DNA of 64,000 nucleotides from Sedimentisphaerales bacterium (GTDB lineage Bacteria > Planctomycetota > Phycisphaerae > Sedimentisphaerales > SM23-30), in the NCBI GenBank assembly GCA_963666285.1, contig OY762712.1; one strand, written 5' to 3'. Numbering within the stretch: the first letter of the stretch is position 1; every line of letters starts with the position of its first letter. The notes under the pieces are model-generated. The model was not told where the DNA came from. It made no database searches and saw nothing but the letters and a program-made list of their open reading frames with translations. The translations under genes and the position numbers were made by a program. This document shows positions 1 through 9,951 of this stretch, one piece after another.

Positions 1-3000
1 CCCATAGCTTATCGACCAGATAGAATTTCTGCCATTTTTGTTCACCTCTGAACCATCGTTCCAGAGCCTGTTTGGATTCCATCTCAAATGAACCTTTATG
101 AGTACCACCCAAACCAACATATTCCAGGTATGGCTGTGACCGTTCCATATCATCGGTTATTTTATATGATAAAACCTTTTTCCAGGTAAACGGATTTAAG
201 ACGCCAAGCACACCATCGCCATCAACAAAACACTGTGCTGCGATAGTACGCATATGATGAGTCGGCAGAAACAACTTTATACCATTTATAGTATGGACAA
301 TTGTCCGGAAAGTTTTAACTACACCTTTACCGGTAACATTAACACTGTTTAGAGCCGCTGTCGGCCTATACAAGTCAGGATGAAGAATATAGCCGCTAAA
401 GATCGGTTCTTCGGTATCGCTGCCGGGCTGCAAGTAAAGTTTTCGCCAGCCTTTCACCTGGTCAAATTCCGCATCCCCTGCCTTGATAATACCACTGCCA
501 TAATACTTATCAACCAGATAATCACGCCAGCGGATCATAGCGGCCAACCTCCATATTGCAGCGACCTCTCTAAAAGCGTTAAGGGCAGGGTTGGTATCCT
601 GCAATTTTAACCCTAAAGCATGGGCATCAGCTACTGTAGGTATTTTCTTGTTTTTTATCATCTTCTGGGTAGTTGGATAATAACTGCTTAACTGCTCTTT
701 AGCTCGCTGTGGATCCTGATAAGAGCCATAGAAGTAATCGCTATAATACATCGCATCCATACCGAGACTATCCAGCAGTTCAAATGCCTTATCATATAAC
801 TGGCTTATATAACCTGCATATTCTCTTGCCCTGTCGGTAATTTCTTTTCGGGCGATCTCCTGCAATTCTTTTCCGCCATCAGTTTTGGCCTTACCTCGAT
901 AGCGGAATATATGCTCCTGCTGGTCGGGAGGGAGCTGCCCAATTGCCTCTGCCAGCTCCTTAAAGGTCATCTCCATATTCTCAAGCTTGTTCTGGCCAAA
1001 CTTCAGCATACCAACTTCAGGTGTAGATGCTAAACGCACAATTTCAGCGGTCACATCATAACCGAAAGATTTCTGGGCCATCTTATTAGGTTCAAGGACA
1101 TTGATGATCCCCCAATATAATGAAGCAGACTTTTGGAAACCGCCCTTGCCATACTTTTTAACCTGTTTCAAAATAGAGTGATTTGCTTTTGGCTCTGGTT
1201 CTTCATTGCTATTTTCTTGCTGTTTATCTCCCTCTTTCCCAAATAGCTTCTGAACATCCTCTGCTGTGGTATTATCTATACCTTTACCAGTTAGATATGT
1301 TCCGGGCCTGTTATCGGTTTTCTGATACTGGATGTGGCGGCCTTTTTCAATATTGTCAGATTTCTGGTTCCATACCTTACCGGAATACACCCTATTAAAT
1401 ATATCTCCAATATTTGACTTGCCGGTAATAGCAGTCCAAATCCTTCTGAAGAAATCCCTCACCTTCTTAAAATATGGATATCCTTTTGTATCTTGATTTG
1501 CTGCCCATCTGCCATAAGTCTCGGCAGCTTTTTCTTCATCGCCATTAAACCGCTTCAATACAATAGACCGCTCTTTCTCTGAAAGTGCTATATCCATAGC
1601 TGCATGGAACTGTTCGTGTGATAGTGTATCATCAGTAGCATAATAAGATGATAGTTTTATCATACCATCAAAATCTATCTGGCTGCCATTTTCCAAAGTG
1701 ATACTGCCTGGGATATTACTCCATAGGCCACGATAACCGTTTTTTTCACCACGACCGGCTATCTCAAGTTCAGCATTATTAACCTTAATAGTCTGGCCGT
1801 TTGGCAGAATAACTGCATATACTCCCTGCTGATCTGTTTGCGATACCTTATCAGGAGAGATACCAAATGCCTTTGCCAACCTTGCAGCATTTAATTTACT
1901 ACCTGTAAAAGTCTCTGCCAGAGCTATATATTCGCTATTATCAAGTCTGTCTAATGCTTCTGTATTAGCATCTGAACCCGGACCTTGTGACACCGCCCTC
2001 TTATTATCCGGGTTGCTATTTATAGAGCTTCTACGCATCTTGAACTCTCTGATAAGAGCCTCTGCATCCTTCCTGACAAAGCCTTCCTCTTCTAATGCTT
2101 TTTCCAGTTTATAGAGCAAATTATCAACAGTATCAGCCTTAAAGCTCCCCTCATTATTAAAGAAACAACCTACCCCTTTACCTTCCCGGTCACATTTAGT
2201 GCAGGTCCAGCCAGAATTAGTACCCCTTCCGGCGAGTTTCTTTTTACCGGAATCAACCGGACAGACATAAGGCTGTAAATTATCAGGTATGTTCTCCAGT
2301 TGATCTTCAGATAATAGCTTACTGCCAAGTTTTACCGGCAGAATAACCTGTATCCGGTCTGCATATTTTACCAGGTTATCGAGATCATCTTCCCCTTGAT
2401 AGGTAAAAGCAATAGGCAGATCATTATTATCTGCAATATGGGTATTAGTCCTGTCAATAGATAACAGCCTGACATTCCTCTTATCTACTTTAGCAAGCAA
2501 TTCCGGCCTTTTAGAGAACACCTGGCATCTGATACCATTGCGGTTAACCTCGTTTATCACCTCCACCCAATCTTCGCTCAGATCGCCGATATCGTTAAAC
2601 CTGAGAGCCTTATTGGCATCATGGTTAGCGGTAGGCTTATACTGGTTACTTATCATACGGCCCAGACGCTGTGGGTCCAGCGAAGCGGCAATATCAATAA
2701 TCTCACTTTTTATCATCGGCCCGGAATAACTGTAATTACCGCCGGTAGCATAACAGAAACGGGCGCAATCATCAGAAGGGCTGCAATGTGCCAGCGAACT
2801 GTTTACCGCCAGTGTCGGTTTAGCAGCCTTGCCGATAACACCGGTATCAACTATATAGGAAAATACACCTTCGATCCCATTTTCCTGCAACTGGCGATAT
2901 AGCTTCTCATTTTTAGTTTCTACAATATCAGTTTCCGGTATCTTATTATTCAGGATATCGATTATCTCATTACGCACTACCGCTCTTTTAGCAACTGCCC

Positions 3001-6000
3001 TGCCCCAATTGGTATCTTTCAGCTTTTCATATGAATCAAAGGTAGATTCAGGCAATACCTCAATATCACCGTAACTGCGTTTACGCAGCTGATAAGTGAT
3101 TTCAGGATTGTCTATATCGATAGGCTTATCCTGTATGGTATCGCTATTTAGAATTGACTCTGCCAGCGTCAGATCAACAGTATCTGGATTATCATAGATA
3201 TACTCTCTTAATATAGAAGCTCTATTAACAGCATTCTTGAACCATTCAATAATCTTGGCAAATAGTCTTGCCAGGGAACTATTACTTTCGACCTGTTTTT
3301 GCCAGTTATTTACTGCATCGGTTAGCCCTGCATTGGTATTTTTCCCCAGCCCTGCCAGCAGATAATCTGTCAGAAAATCACTGAGCCATTCGAGATTAGA
3401 CTTATCGTTTGTATAGCCGTCCAGATGCGATTCTTCAATCTGCTTTCTGAAGGCTTTAATCTCACTGTTCCTTTCGATATAGCTGACATCACCGAAATGT
3501 ATCTTTATTCTGGATTCAACCGCTTCATGGATTGCTGTAGTAGGATCAGAATTAGTAATAGCAAGCGAGATAACCGCTTTTTCATCGGCGATATAATTAC
3601 TACCTGAAACATCCACATCTTCTGGATTGACACCTTCTAAACCAGCTTCTTTTAATTTTTGCTCGATAAAACTCTCACGCTGATCGGCGGCAAGTTTACC
3701 TTCTGCAATAAGCTTATCAACATCTTGGGCCAGTGACCGGACCGCTTTTTCCAGTTTAATACCGGCATCAGGATTGACAGCTTTAATAATCTGCTCTAAA
3801 CTATCGCCGATAGCACTTAAATCAGGTTTATTTGCATCTTCCAGTAATATCTCTACATACCGGCGCTCATTTTTATTTACCTCCCAGGAATCGCTATCAG
3901 ACTTATCACCTGCCTTTTTAAGATGGTATCTGTTGACCGCCCCAACTTTCCTGCGAACGATCTCGGTATAACCATCATCTACCAACTCTTCTAGCCATTT
4001 GTGGGTAGTTATATTCTTACCCTTATAGCTGACATATTCACTTTCGAGGGTATCTATCAGATCTTCACGTTCTTTGGCTTTTCGGGCTTCTGCCTGTATC
4101 ATCTCCTGCTCATGCAGGTGTCTTTCATATTTATTTACCGCTTCCGATCCTGCCCACTCTCTTAGATGCTCGACAGTCCTTTTGGCTGTTTTAGGTAGTT
4201 TAGTACCGGTTAGCACCTCAAAGGCTTTTCTACTGGCCTTATTATGGATTGTAACATGACTTATAAGATTATTTAGGTCTTTATCCTGAATATACCCATT
4301 GATACGCCCTGCAATCTGATATGCCAGTTTGGCATTATGGCCTTTATAAGCTTTCTCAACCAGCTGCTGGTCATGCACTATCCTGTTGTGCCTTTCAATA
4401 TCATCACCTGTGGTATTGCGCTGCAGAACTTTGAATATCTCCATCGCCACCTTATCACTATCATTTTCGCCGGATTCCATCTGCCTGATAATATCTTCAG
4501 ATTCATCGATATTTTTCTGTAAGAGCTTGCGGCCATCATCTCTACGTTTAACCTGGTCATCTGACAGTTTTTCCTCTGGTTCAGGCTTTTTCTCTGCTGC
4601 TACTGAAGGTTTGGCCTGTTTTTGACTGCTGAGATATTCACCTTCCAGAACATCACTCCATTGCGGGATAGCCTTCTTTTCACCGGCTATATTTATTGGC
4701 ATGATAATAACCTTACCCACTGATTTACCGGAACTATCAATACCGCTTAGTAAGAAAGGACCATGATTATCTTTAGTGGTGTTGGCAGCTATTGCTAATG
4801 ACAATTTATCACTGCCAAGCTGACGCAATACCTTAACAGCATCCCTGAGATATGCTAGGTTGATACCAACATGAAAGTCTTTTACCGGTATCTTAATAGC
4901 ACGTTCAACTACATAGCCATCTGCTACAAAGGCGTTTGGATTGGCCTTTTCAGTAGCATTGGCAACTGCAACGATTCTATCTGCCTGGTCAGCTGATATC
5001 TCTTTTTCGATAGTTATTGTCTTACCCGGTACTACATCTGTCCAGCGGGGATATTTGCCCTTATGGGTAATAGAATAGCCATTTGCAGCTTTTTTATCTC
5101 TTTCATATATCTGCTCTGATTCTACTTCAGGGAATCGCTCTGCCAAACCTTCAGCTATCAGCATCCTTCTGCCGTCAGTTGCAACTACCTCACCGGTACC
5201 AGCAACAAAGAAAGTATCATTTATAACATACCTGCTCTGTTCAGTACCAGAATGGGTTAAGACAGTAGATACAAGCTGTTTGGTAGTATTAACTTTACCT
5301 ATTCTACTTACTTTTTTAGGTACAATAACAGTAAGGCCGTTCCTGGTATGCAGGGCATCTGATGCAACTTTGCGATGTTTTAGTGAAAATGCCTTACCGG
5401 ATTTTACCATCATCCATAAAAAATCATCCCCTGCTTTTTCCAACAGCCCGGCAGCTTCGGGCAATTCCAGTAATTTTATTTCAGAATTGTTAAGCTTTCT
5501 GCCTAATAGCTCTGATATCTCAGCTGCATACCGCTTGCGGTCAGTATTAGTTACTGACCTGTGACCGATTACCTTACCGCCATACCATTCGGGTGCATTG
5601 GCATGATCCTGGGCAGGATTATGCTTATCAGCTTTTTTTTCTTCCAGAGGTTCTGGCTTCTTATCTGGAACGGGAGCAGAAGATGACTTATTAACTGATT
5701 TTACTTTTTTTTCTTTTCCTGTTTTAATTTCATTCGATTTAGGTGCCGCTTCAGAATCAATTTCGTTTCGTTCATCTTCTGTAATCTCTCTGAAACGTGG
5801 ATTATTCAAGGCATTATATGGTCTGGTAGTACCAGGTGAATAATTCTTTTTCATCTGTTCTTCAGTATATGGTATATTAGAGATACTTCTTTCCGGTCGA
5901 GCCTTGATAACTTCCATTTCGGCAACACCATTCTTTTTGGTTCTACCTACTTTATAGATAGTTCCGGAATTTACATCAGCTACATAATCACCTACCGCAA

Positions 6001-9000
6001 ATGCTGCCGGGTTTTTTCCATTAGCCTTTTGAGGCTGTTCTATCCCTTTGTCTTTGAGATATTCACTCTGGGCTTCTATTACTTCAGCTTCGGTTTTATG
6101 CCATCTGTCGTTAATCTGATGCGGCGTATCACCTCTGAAATAGTAACCAGGTTTTCCAGAACGGGAATGAACATATATATCACCATCATTCAATCTATCA
6201 CTATAGTCAGGATATTTATCAGATAATCTCTCCCCTGATGGTTTCTTGCCTTTAACATCGACAATACCATCTATCCCCATAGTATTATCATTTCCAACAA
6301 CTATAGTATCATGGCCATGATCTACCTTTTTAATAGTTTTATATGTCTTTGAACCGGATACACGAACCTTATCGCCCACTTCAATATCGGTTATCTGCCA
6401 GCCATTTGCTGTTGTAGGCGTATATGGCTTAATTCCTGTTTTTTCAAACTCATCTAACTTATCAAAAGCAGCAAAAGTCTTTTTAAGGTTATCATAGGCA
6501 GAAGGTAGAATATCGGTATCAACTGAACCATCCTCAATATGTCTCAGGGAAACACCGGGTACATAAGGGGTAACATCACGTACATCCAGTTTACGGCCCT
6601 GTTTTTTGGCCTGTTCGATAATATCTTCGATCTGACCATCAGCTATATTTACGGTATTCTGCCTTAAACGCTCCAGCATGGTATTAACGGTCTTGATCTC
6701 TTTATCATACATTGATACAGGTATCTCAACTGTTTTACCTTTATCTGGACCGGCTACTACTTCTGCTTCAGCATAATCACCATAATAATCATCCTCACGA
6801 ATATTACCGGTTAGTTTATGTAATTGGGGGTCATACTTGATACGAGCATTATTCTCTGGCTCTTGCTTTTCTTCTGCCTTTACCTTTTTGGCAGATTTCT
6901 TCTTTTTGGCATTCGCTTTTTTACGTTTTTTATTGTCAACAGGTTTTGGCTTCTGTTTTTTATCGACAACACCATCACCACTATTATCTGGTTTATCCGG
7001 CAGTTTTGCAGGACTGCCACCTGCTTCATTATCATTATCGCCTTTTTGCTGTTGCTTCAGCTCGCGCAGACGATCATTAAGTTCCCTAATGATCTCTCGT
7101 TGTGTATCCGTTTGACGGTCCTGCATATCAAACTGCCAGAGCCTGTCTTCAATATCCTTGATCTCTTGTAATAGGGCATCAGTTGTTTTCTCGGATTGTT
7201 CCTGTTTTTTAATATCAGGTTCAGAATCTACGGTTTCAGTTGTTTCTTCCTGCTGACGGTTCTCTGGTTCTGTATCTTTCTGATCTTTTAATTCTTTATT
7301 TTCAGTTTGTTTTTGCGGTTCAACCACTAAATACGGAGTATCATCTAGCGGTTTATCTTTGCCCAGAACAGGCTTGTTATTTTTATTTAAGCGAACATAC
7401 AAGGTCTGGCCTTTTTCATTTGCCTTATCCTGGATACGGGAATATTCATCCACACTCAATTCTACGCCCAATTCCCCTTCACCTACAAACTTCCCGGAGC
7501 CTCCGTTGCTGACACCTTCAAAATTCTCCGGGATATGCTGATCGGTTGAATTAACCGTCTCAAATTCCGGCTGAACATATTTTCCTTCATTACCAATTAC
7601 AGTACCGACAGGATTAGTCTGGGCTTGAAGATATTCCTTGGCTACCTGGTTATTAGAAGATTCGATCTTGGCCTTGATAAACTGCTGCTGATTTTCATTA
7701 CCAAAATCATCCATGGTCAGGCCAAGCTCAAATAATCGCTGGATATCGTCACTGGAAGCTGAATTAGTCAGAACATCTTCCAGAGCAACTTCAGACATGG
7801 AATCTATACTTTCAGCATCGAATCTCCGGTTCTTTTCCGGGTCTATCTGCCGGGCGATAATCTGCCATCTTTTGCCCTTCGGTTCGATCTGGACATCGAT
7901 ATCATCAAATGCGCGATACAGCATACCTGCAATAGTATTAGCTGCTTCCTTAGTTTTAGCAGTCATTTTATAGCCGTCTTTACCCGGCTTGAGCCGCTTT
8001 GCCAGCGGTGTTGAGACTAGATCAGACCGCTGTCTTTGTGCGGTATAAGCCTCATTCATCTTGCGAGAGTTACCGGCAAGCTGTGAATCCTGCTCATATC
8101 CTTCCATATCTGGTATATCATACGGCTCCTGCCCGGCAACTTGCGGCAGTTCATCTTCCAGTGACTCTGCTGTCTTAAATGCCCTGTCATCCTGATACTT
8201 ATTATACTGACCTTCAATGACACTACCGGCTTTGCGAGCCGCTGCCGGGACCATTAGCACACCGGCTGTTGTCAAAAACTCTCTACCATCGGTCATATTT
8301 TCAATTGCCGCAAGCATCCGAGGCCCTAAACCAGCATCTTCACCAGCTCCGTAATCCTCAACTCCAGTTGCAGCACGGAGGATAGTGCCTAATTCTTCCT
8401 CCGACAGCTCCTCAATAAAACTGCCGACCTTGAGATTATCCCGCACAAAATCTGTAAACGGCCCCTGTTTAGCACCTAATTTATTATATACCTTCTCCAG
8501 ACCGGACAGTATTCTACCGGCAAACTGTGAACCAGGCAGCTTTTCCCCTATTTTGCCTATTATACCGCCTATCTTTTTACCGGCTGCGGTTATACCCTTA
8601 CCGGATATTTCGGTAAGGTTCTCGATATACATATCACCGGCAGCCTTGATAATTGACCTGCTGAAATCTTCAGGCCTCTGGATAAGTTCAAAACCGGTAT
8701 CAGTTAATTTATACTGGCCACTGTCAACGTAACGCTCTCCTGCATTTGCCATAATATCCGGTGTCATCTGGGCGGTTCTGGCTGTGGCATCAATACCAGC
8801 TCCAAGCAGTTTACCTCCTAATTGGACACTTTTATTTTTTAGAAACTTCTCAGCAGCATTCTTGCCTAAAATCTTTGTAATCAGCTTAACTGTGCTTTTT
8901 TCAGCACCTTCTTTGACTATTGATGCTCCCGGACCTGTTAAAGCAAATGTAGCAATAAAATCTGGTAATTCTAGCAGCCCCTGGATAATATCATTTGTGA

Positions 9001-9919
9001 TAGTGGTACCTCTAACCTCCAGTTCAGCCCGCTTATGGAGATATTCACTAACGATAGCAATATCCTTCTGCATCAGTTCAAGCTTCTGCTGTTCGGTCGC
9101 TTCTTCTTCACCTTCGTTATATGGATTTTTCCCCAGCATTTTATCAAAGACAGTTCGGCCCATACCGATAGGCATAGTCCTTTTAACCTTCAGGTTCTGA
9201 TATCGAACTGGATCACTGAGCCTGTCAACAGCAAGTTTCAGATCGGTACTGTTTTGAAGTGATACCAGAGTACCGACAACCGGAAACTTCTCTTTTATCT
9301 CCTTTTCAGACATTTTCTCCAGACCTTCTATCGCTCCTACTGGACCGGAATTCTCCCATTGATATATCTGCTCCGGCGTGAAATTCTCAGTCACCTGCGG
9401 GCTATACAGCATTTTCTGCATGGTCGGGTCTGGTTTTGAGAAAGGACCACCCTGTGGGATATTCTCTGCCCCTGCCATTGCATTTTTATACATATCATAG
9501 ACAGTCGGATTATCCAGGTTTCCGCTCATAACCTTGTCGTATCTGCGTGCGTGCTCTAGCTGCTCCGGTTTCATCGCTGCTCTGATTGAATCCGGTACAC
9601 CGGCCAAAGGATCATATTGCGGCCTATCTACAGGTTCTGTCATAACATCAGTTGCAAACTGCTCCAGAATAGGCTTGGCACTTATTTTCGCGACGGGTAA
9701 GCTACGCTCTTTTGCCCGATTCAATAGAAAACCGTCAGGAATATCCACCGCCGCCATTGCCGACGATAATCTATCCTGAACAATTGGGTTTACAGGTTTT
9801 TGCTGCGGTCCTTGCGCATTTCCTTCGAGGTTGGCCAGAACAGAATCAACATCAAAACTAATATTATTTTCAGGCTGGTCATCTTCAAGATTGGCCAGAA
9901 CATCATTTACATCTACCAT
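1..9919 (-). CDS. giant multidomain virion-associated (polyvalent-type) protein, N-terminal 3306 codons; stop lies left of the window
   Basis: ATG at 9919-9917 (MVDVNDVLANLEDD...). I translated the minus frame and codon-checked 5021-5188, 2744-2794 and 1604-1618 without meeting a stop. The track shows only short low-complexity antisense ORFs here, which fits an ORF omitted for lack of an in-window stop. It is the last gene of the structural operon. Confidence 0.8.
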   Translation of the reverse strand, partial: MVDVNDVLANLEDDQPENNISFDVDSVLANLEGNAQGPQQKPVNPIVQDRLSSAMAAVDIPDGFLLNRAKERSLPVAKISAKPILEQFATDVMTEPVDRPQYDPLAGVPDSIRAAMKPEQLEHARRYDKVMSGNLDNPTVYDMYKNAMAGAENIPQGGPFSKPDPTMQKMLYSPQVTENFTPEQIYQWENSGPVGAIEGLEKMSEKEIKEKFPVVGTLVSLQNSTDLKLAVDRLSDPVRYQNLKVKRTMPIGMGRTVFDKMLGKNPYNEGEEEATEQQKLELMQKDIAIVSEYLHKRAELEVRGTTITNDIIQGLLELPDFIATFALTGPGASIVKEGAEKSTVKLITKILGKNAAEKFLKNKSVQLGGKLLGAGIDATARTAQMTPDIMANAGERYVDSGQYKLTDTGFELIQRPEDFSRSIIKAAGDMYIENLTEISGKGITAAGKKIGGIIGKIGEKLPGSQFAGRILSGLEKVYNKLGAKQGPFTDFVRDNLKVGSFIEELSEEELGTILRAATGVEDYGAGEDAGLGPRMLAAIENMTDGREFLTTAGVLMVPAAARKAGSVIEGQYNKYQDDRAFKTAESLEDELPQVAGQEPYDIPDMEGYEQDSQLAGNSRKMNEAYTAQRQRSDLVSTPLAKRLKPGKDGYKMTAKTKEAANTIAGMLYRAFDDIDVQIEPKGKRWQIIARQIDPEKNRRFDAESIDSMSEVALEDVLTNSASSDDIQRLFELGLTMDDFGNENQQQFIKAKIESSNNQVAKEYLQAQTNPVGTVIGNEGKYVQPEFETVNSTDQHIPENFEGVSNGGSGKFVGEGELGVELSVDEYSRIQDKANEKGQTLYVRLNKNNKPVLGKDKPLDDTPYLVVEPQKQTENKELKDQKDTEPENRQQEETTETVDSEPDIKKQEQSEKTTDALLQEIKDIEDRLWQFDMQDRQTDTQREIIRELNDRLRELKQQQKGDNDNEAGGSPAKLPDKPDNSGDGVVDKKQKPKPVDNKKRKKANAKKKKSAKKVKAEEKQEPENNARIKYDPQLHKLTGNIREDDYYGDYAEAEVVAGPDKGKTVEIPVSMYDKEIKTVNTMLERLRQNTVNIADGQIEDIIEQAKKQGRKLDVRDVTPYVPGVSLRHIEDGSVDTDILPSAYDNLKKTFAAFDKLDEFEKTGIKPYTPTTANGWQITDIEVGDKVRVSGSKTYKTIKKVDHGHDTIVVGNDNTMGIDGIVDVKGKKPSGERLSDKYPDYSDRLNDGDIYVHSRSGKPGYYFRGDTPHQINDRWHKTEAEVIEAQSEYLKDKGIEQPQKANGKNPAAFAVGDYVADVNSGTIYKVGRTKKNGVAEMEVIKARPERSISNIPYTEEQMKKNYSPGTTRPYNALNNPRFREITEDERNEIDSEAAPKSNEIKTGKEKKVKSVNKSSSAPVPDKKPEPLEEKKADKHNPAQDHANAPEWYGGKVIGHRSVTNTDRKRYAAEISELLGRKLNNSEIKLLELPEAAGLLEKAGDDFLWMMVKSGKAFSLKHRKVASDALHTRNGLTVIVPKKVSRIGKVNTTKQLVSTVLTHSGTEQSRYVINDTFFVAGTGEVVATDGRRMLIAEGLAERFPEVESEQIYERDKKAANGYSITHKGKYPRWTDVVPGKTITIEKEISADQADRIVAVANATEKANPNAFVADGYVVERAIKIPVKDFHVGINLAYLRDAVKVLRQLGSDKLSLAIAANTTKDNHGPFLLSGIDSSGKSVGKVIIMPINIAGEKKAIPQWSDVLEGEYLSSQKQAKPSVAAEKKPEPEEKLSDDQVKRRDDGRKLLQKNIDESEDIIRQMESGENDSDKVAMEIFKVLQRNTTGDDIERHNRIVHDQQLVEKAYKGHNAKLAYQIAGRINGYIQDKDLNNLISHVTIHNKASRKAFEVLTGTKLPKTAKRTVEHLREWAGSEAVNKYERHLHEQEMIQAEARKAKEREDLIDTLESEYVSYKGKNITTHKWLEELVDDGYTEIVRRKVGAVNRYHLKKAGDKSDSDSWEVNKNERRYVEILLEDANKPDLSAIGDSLEQIIKAVNPDAGIKLEKAVRSLAQDVDKLIAEGKLAADQRESFIEQKLKEAGLEGVNPEDVDVSGSNYIADEKAVISLAITNSDPTTAIHEAVESRIKIHFGDVSYIERNSEIKAFRKQIEESHLDGYTNDKSNLEWLSDFLTDYLLAGLGKNTNAGLTDAVNNWQKQVESNSSLARLFAKIIEWFKNAVNRASILREYIYDNPDTVDLTLAESILNSDTIQDKPIDIDNPEITYQLRKRSYGDIEVLPESTFDSYEKLKDTNWGRAVAKRAVVRNEIIDILNNKIPETDIVETKNEKLYRQLQENGIEGVFSYIVDTGVIGKAAKPTLAVNSSLAHCSPSDDCARFCYATGGNYSYSGPMIKSEIIDIAASLDPQRLGRMISNQYKPTANHDANKALRFNDIGDLSEDWVEVINEVNRNGIRCQVFSKRPELLAKVDKRNVRLLSIDRTNTHIADNNDLPIAFTYQGEDDLDNLVKYADRIQVILPVKLGSKLLSEDQLENIPDNLQPYVCPVDSGKKKLAGRGTNSGWTCTKCDREGKGVGCFFNNEGSFKADTVDNLLYKLEKALEEEGFVRKDAEALIREFKMRRSSINSNPDNKRAVSQGPGSDANTEALDRLDNSEYIALAETFTGSKLNAARLAKAFGISPDKVSQTDQQGVYAVILPNGQTIKVNNAELEIAGRGEKNGYRGLWSNIPGSITLENGSQIDFDGMIKLSSYYATDDTLSHEQFHAAMDIALSEKERSIVLKRFNGDEEKAAETYGRWAANQDTKGYPYFKKVRDFFRRIWTAITGKSNIGDIFNRVYSGKVWNQKSDNIEKGRHIQYQKTDNRPGTYLTGKGIDNTTAEDVQKLFGKEGDKQQENSNEEPEPKANHSILKQVKKYGKGGFQKSASLYWGIINVLEPNKMAQKSFGYDVTAEIVRLASTPEVGMLKFGQNKLENMEMTFKELAEAIGQLPPDQQEHIFRYRGKAKTDGGKELQEIARKEITDRAREYAGYISQLYDKAFELLDSLGMDAMYYSDYFYGSYQDPQRAKEQLSSYYPTTQKMIKNKKIPTVADAHALGLKLQDTNPALNAFREVAAIWRLAAMIRWRDYLVDKYYGSGIIKAGDAEFDQVKGWRKLYLQPGSDTEEPIFSGYILHPDLYRPTAALNSVNVTGKGVVKTFRTIVHTINGIKLFLPTHHMRTIAAQCFVDGDGVLGVLNPFTWKKVLSYKITDDMERSQPYLEYVGLGGTHKGSFEMESKQALERWFRGEQKWQKFYLVDKLW

Positions 9920-9951
9920 TATATATAAATATCCTATCGATAGGGTTTATA

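Noticed and set aside
380-9779. About 25 plus-strand ORFs of 60-138 aa listed in the track across the first 9.9 kb
   Set aside because: All are antisense to one continuous minus-strand reading frame. They have low-complexity Ser/Leu/Phe/Ile-rich translations typical of the reverse strand of a coding region, and they lack RBSs.
1-9919. Idea that the giant ORF is an N4-like virion RNA polymerase
   Set aside because: Size and position are compatible. However, I could not find the T/DxxGR, Rx3Kx7YG or catalytic Asp motif contexts. The recognisable pieces (clamp-like, Cys cluster, HExxH) point to a polyvalent protein instead. This is not excluded without profile searches.
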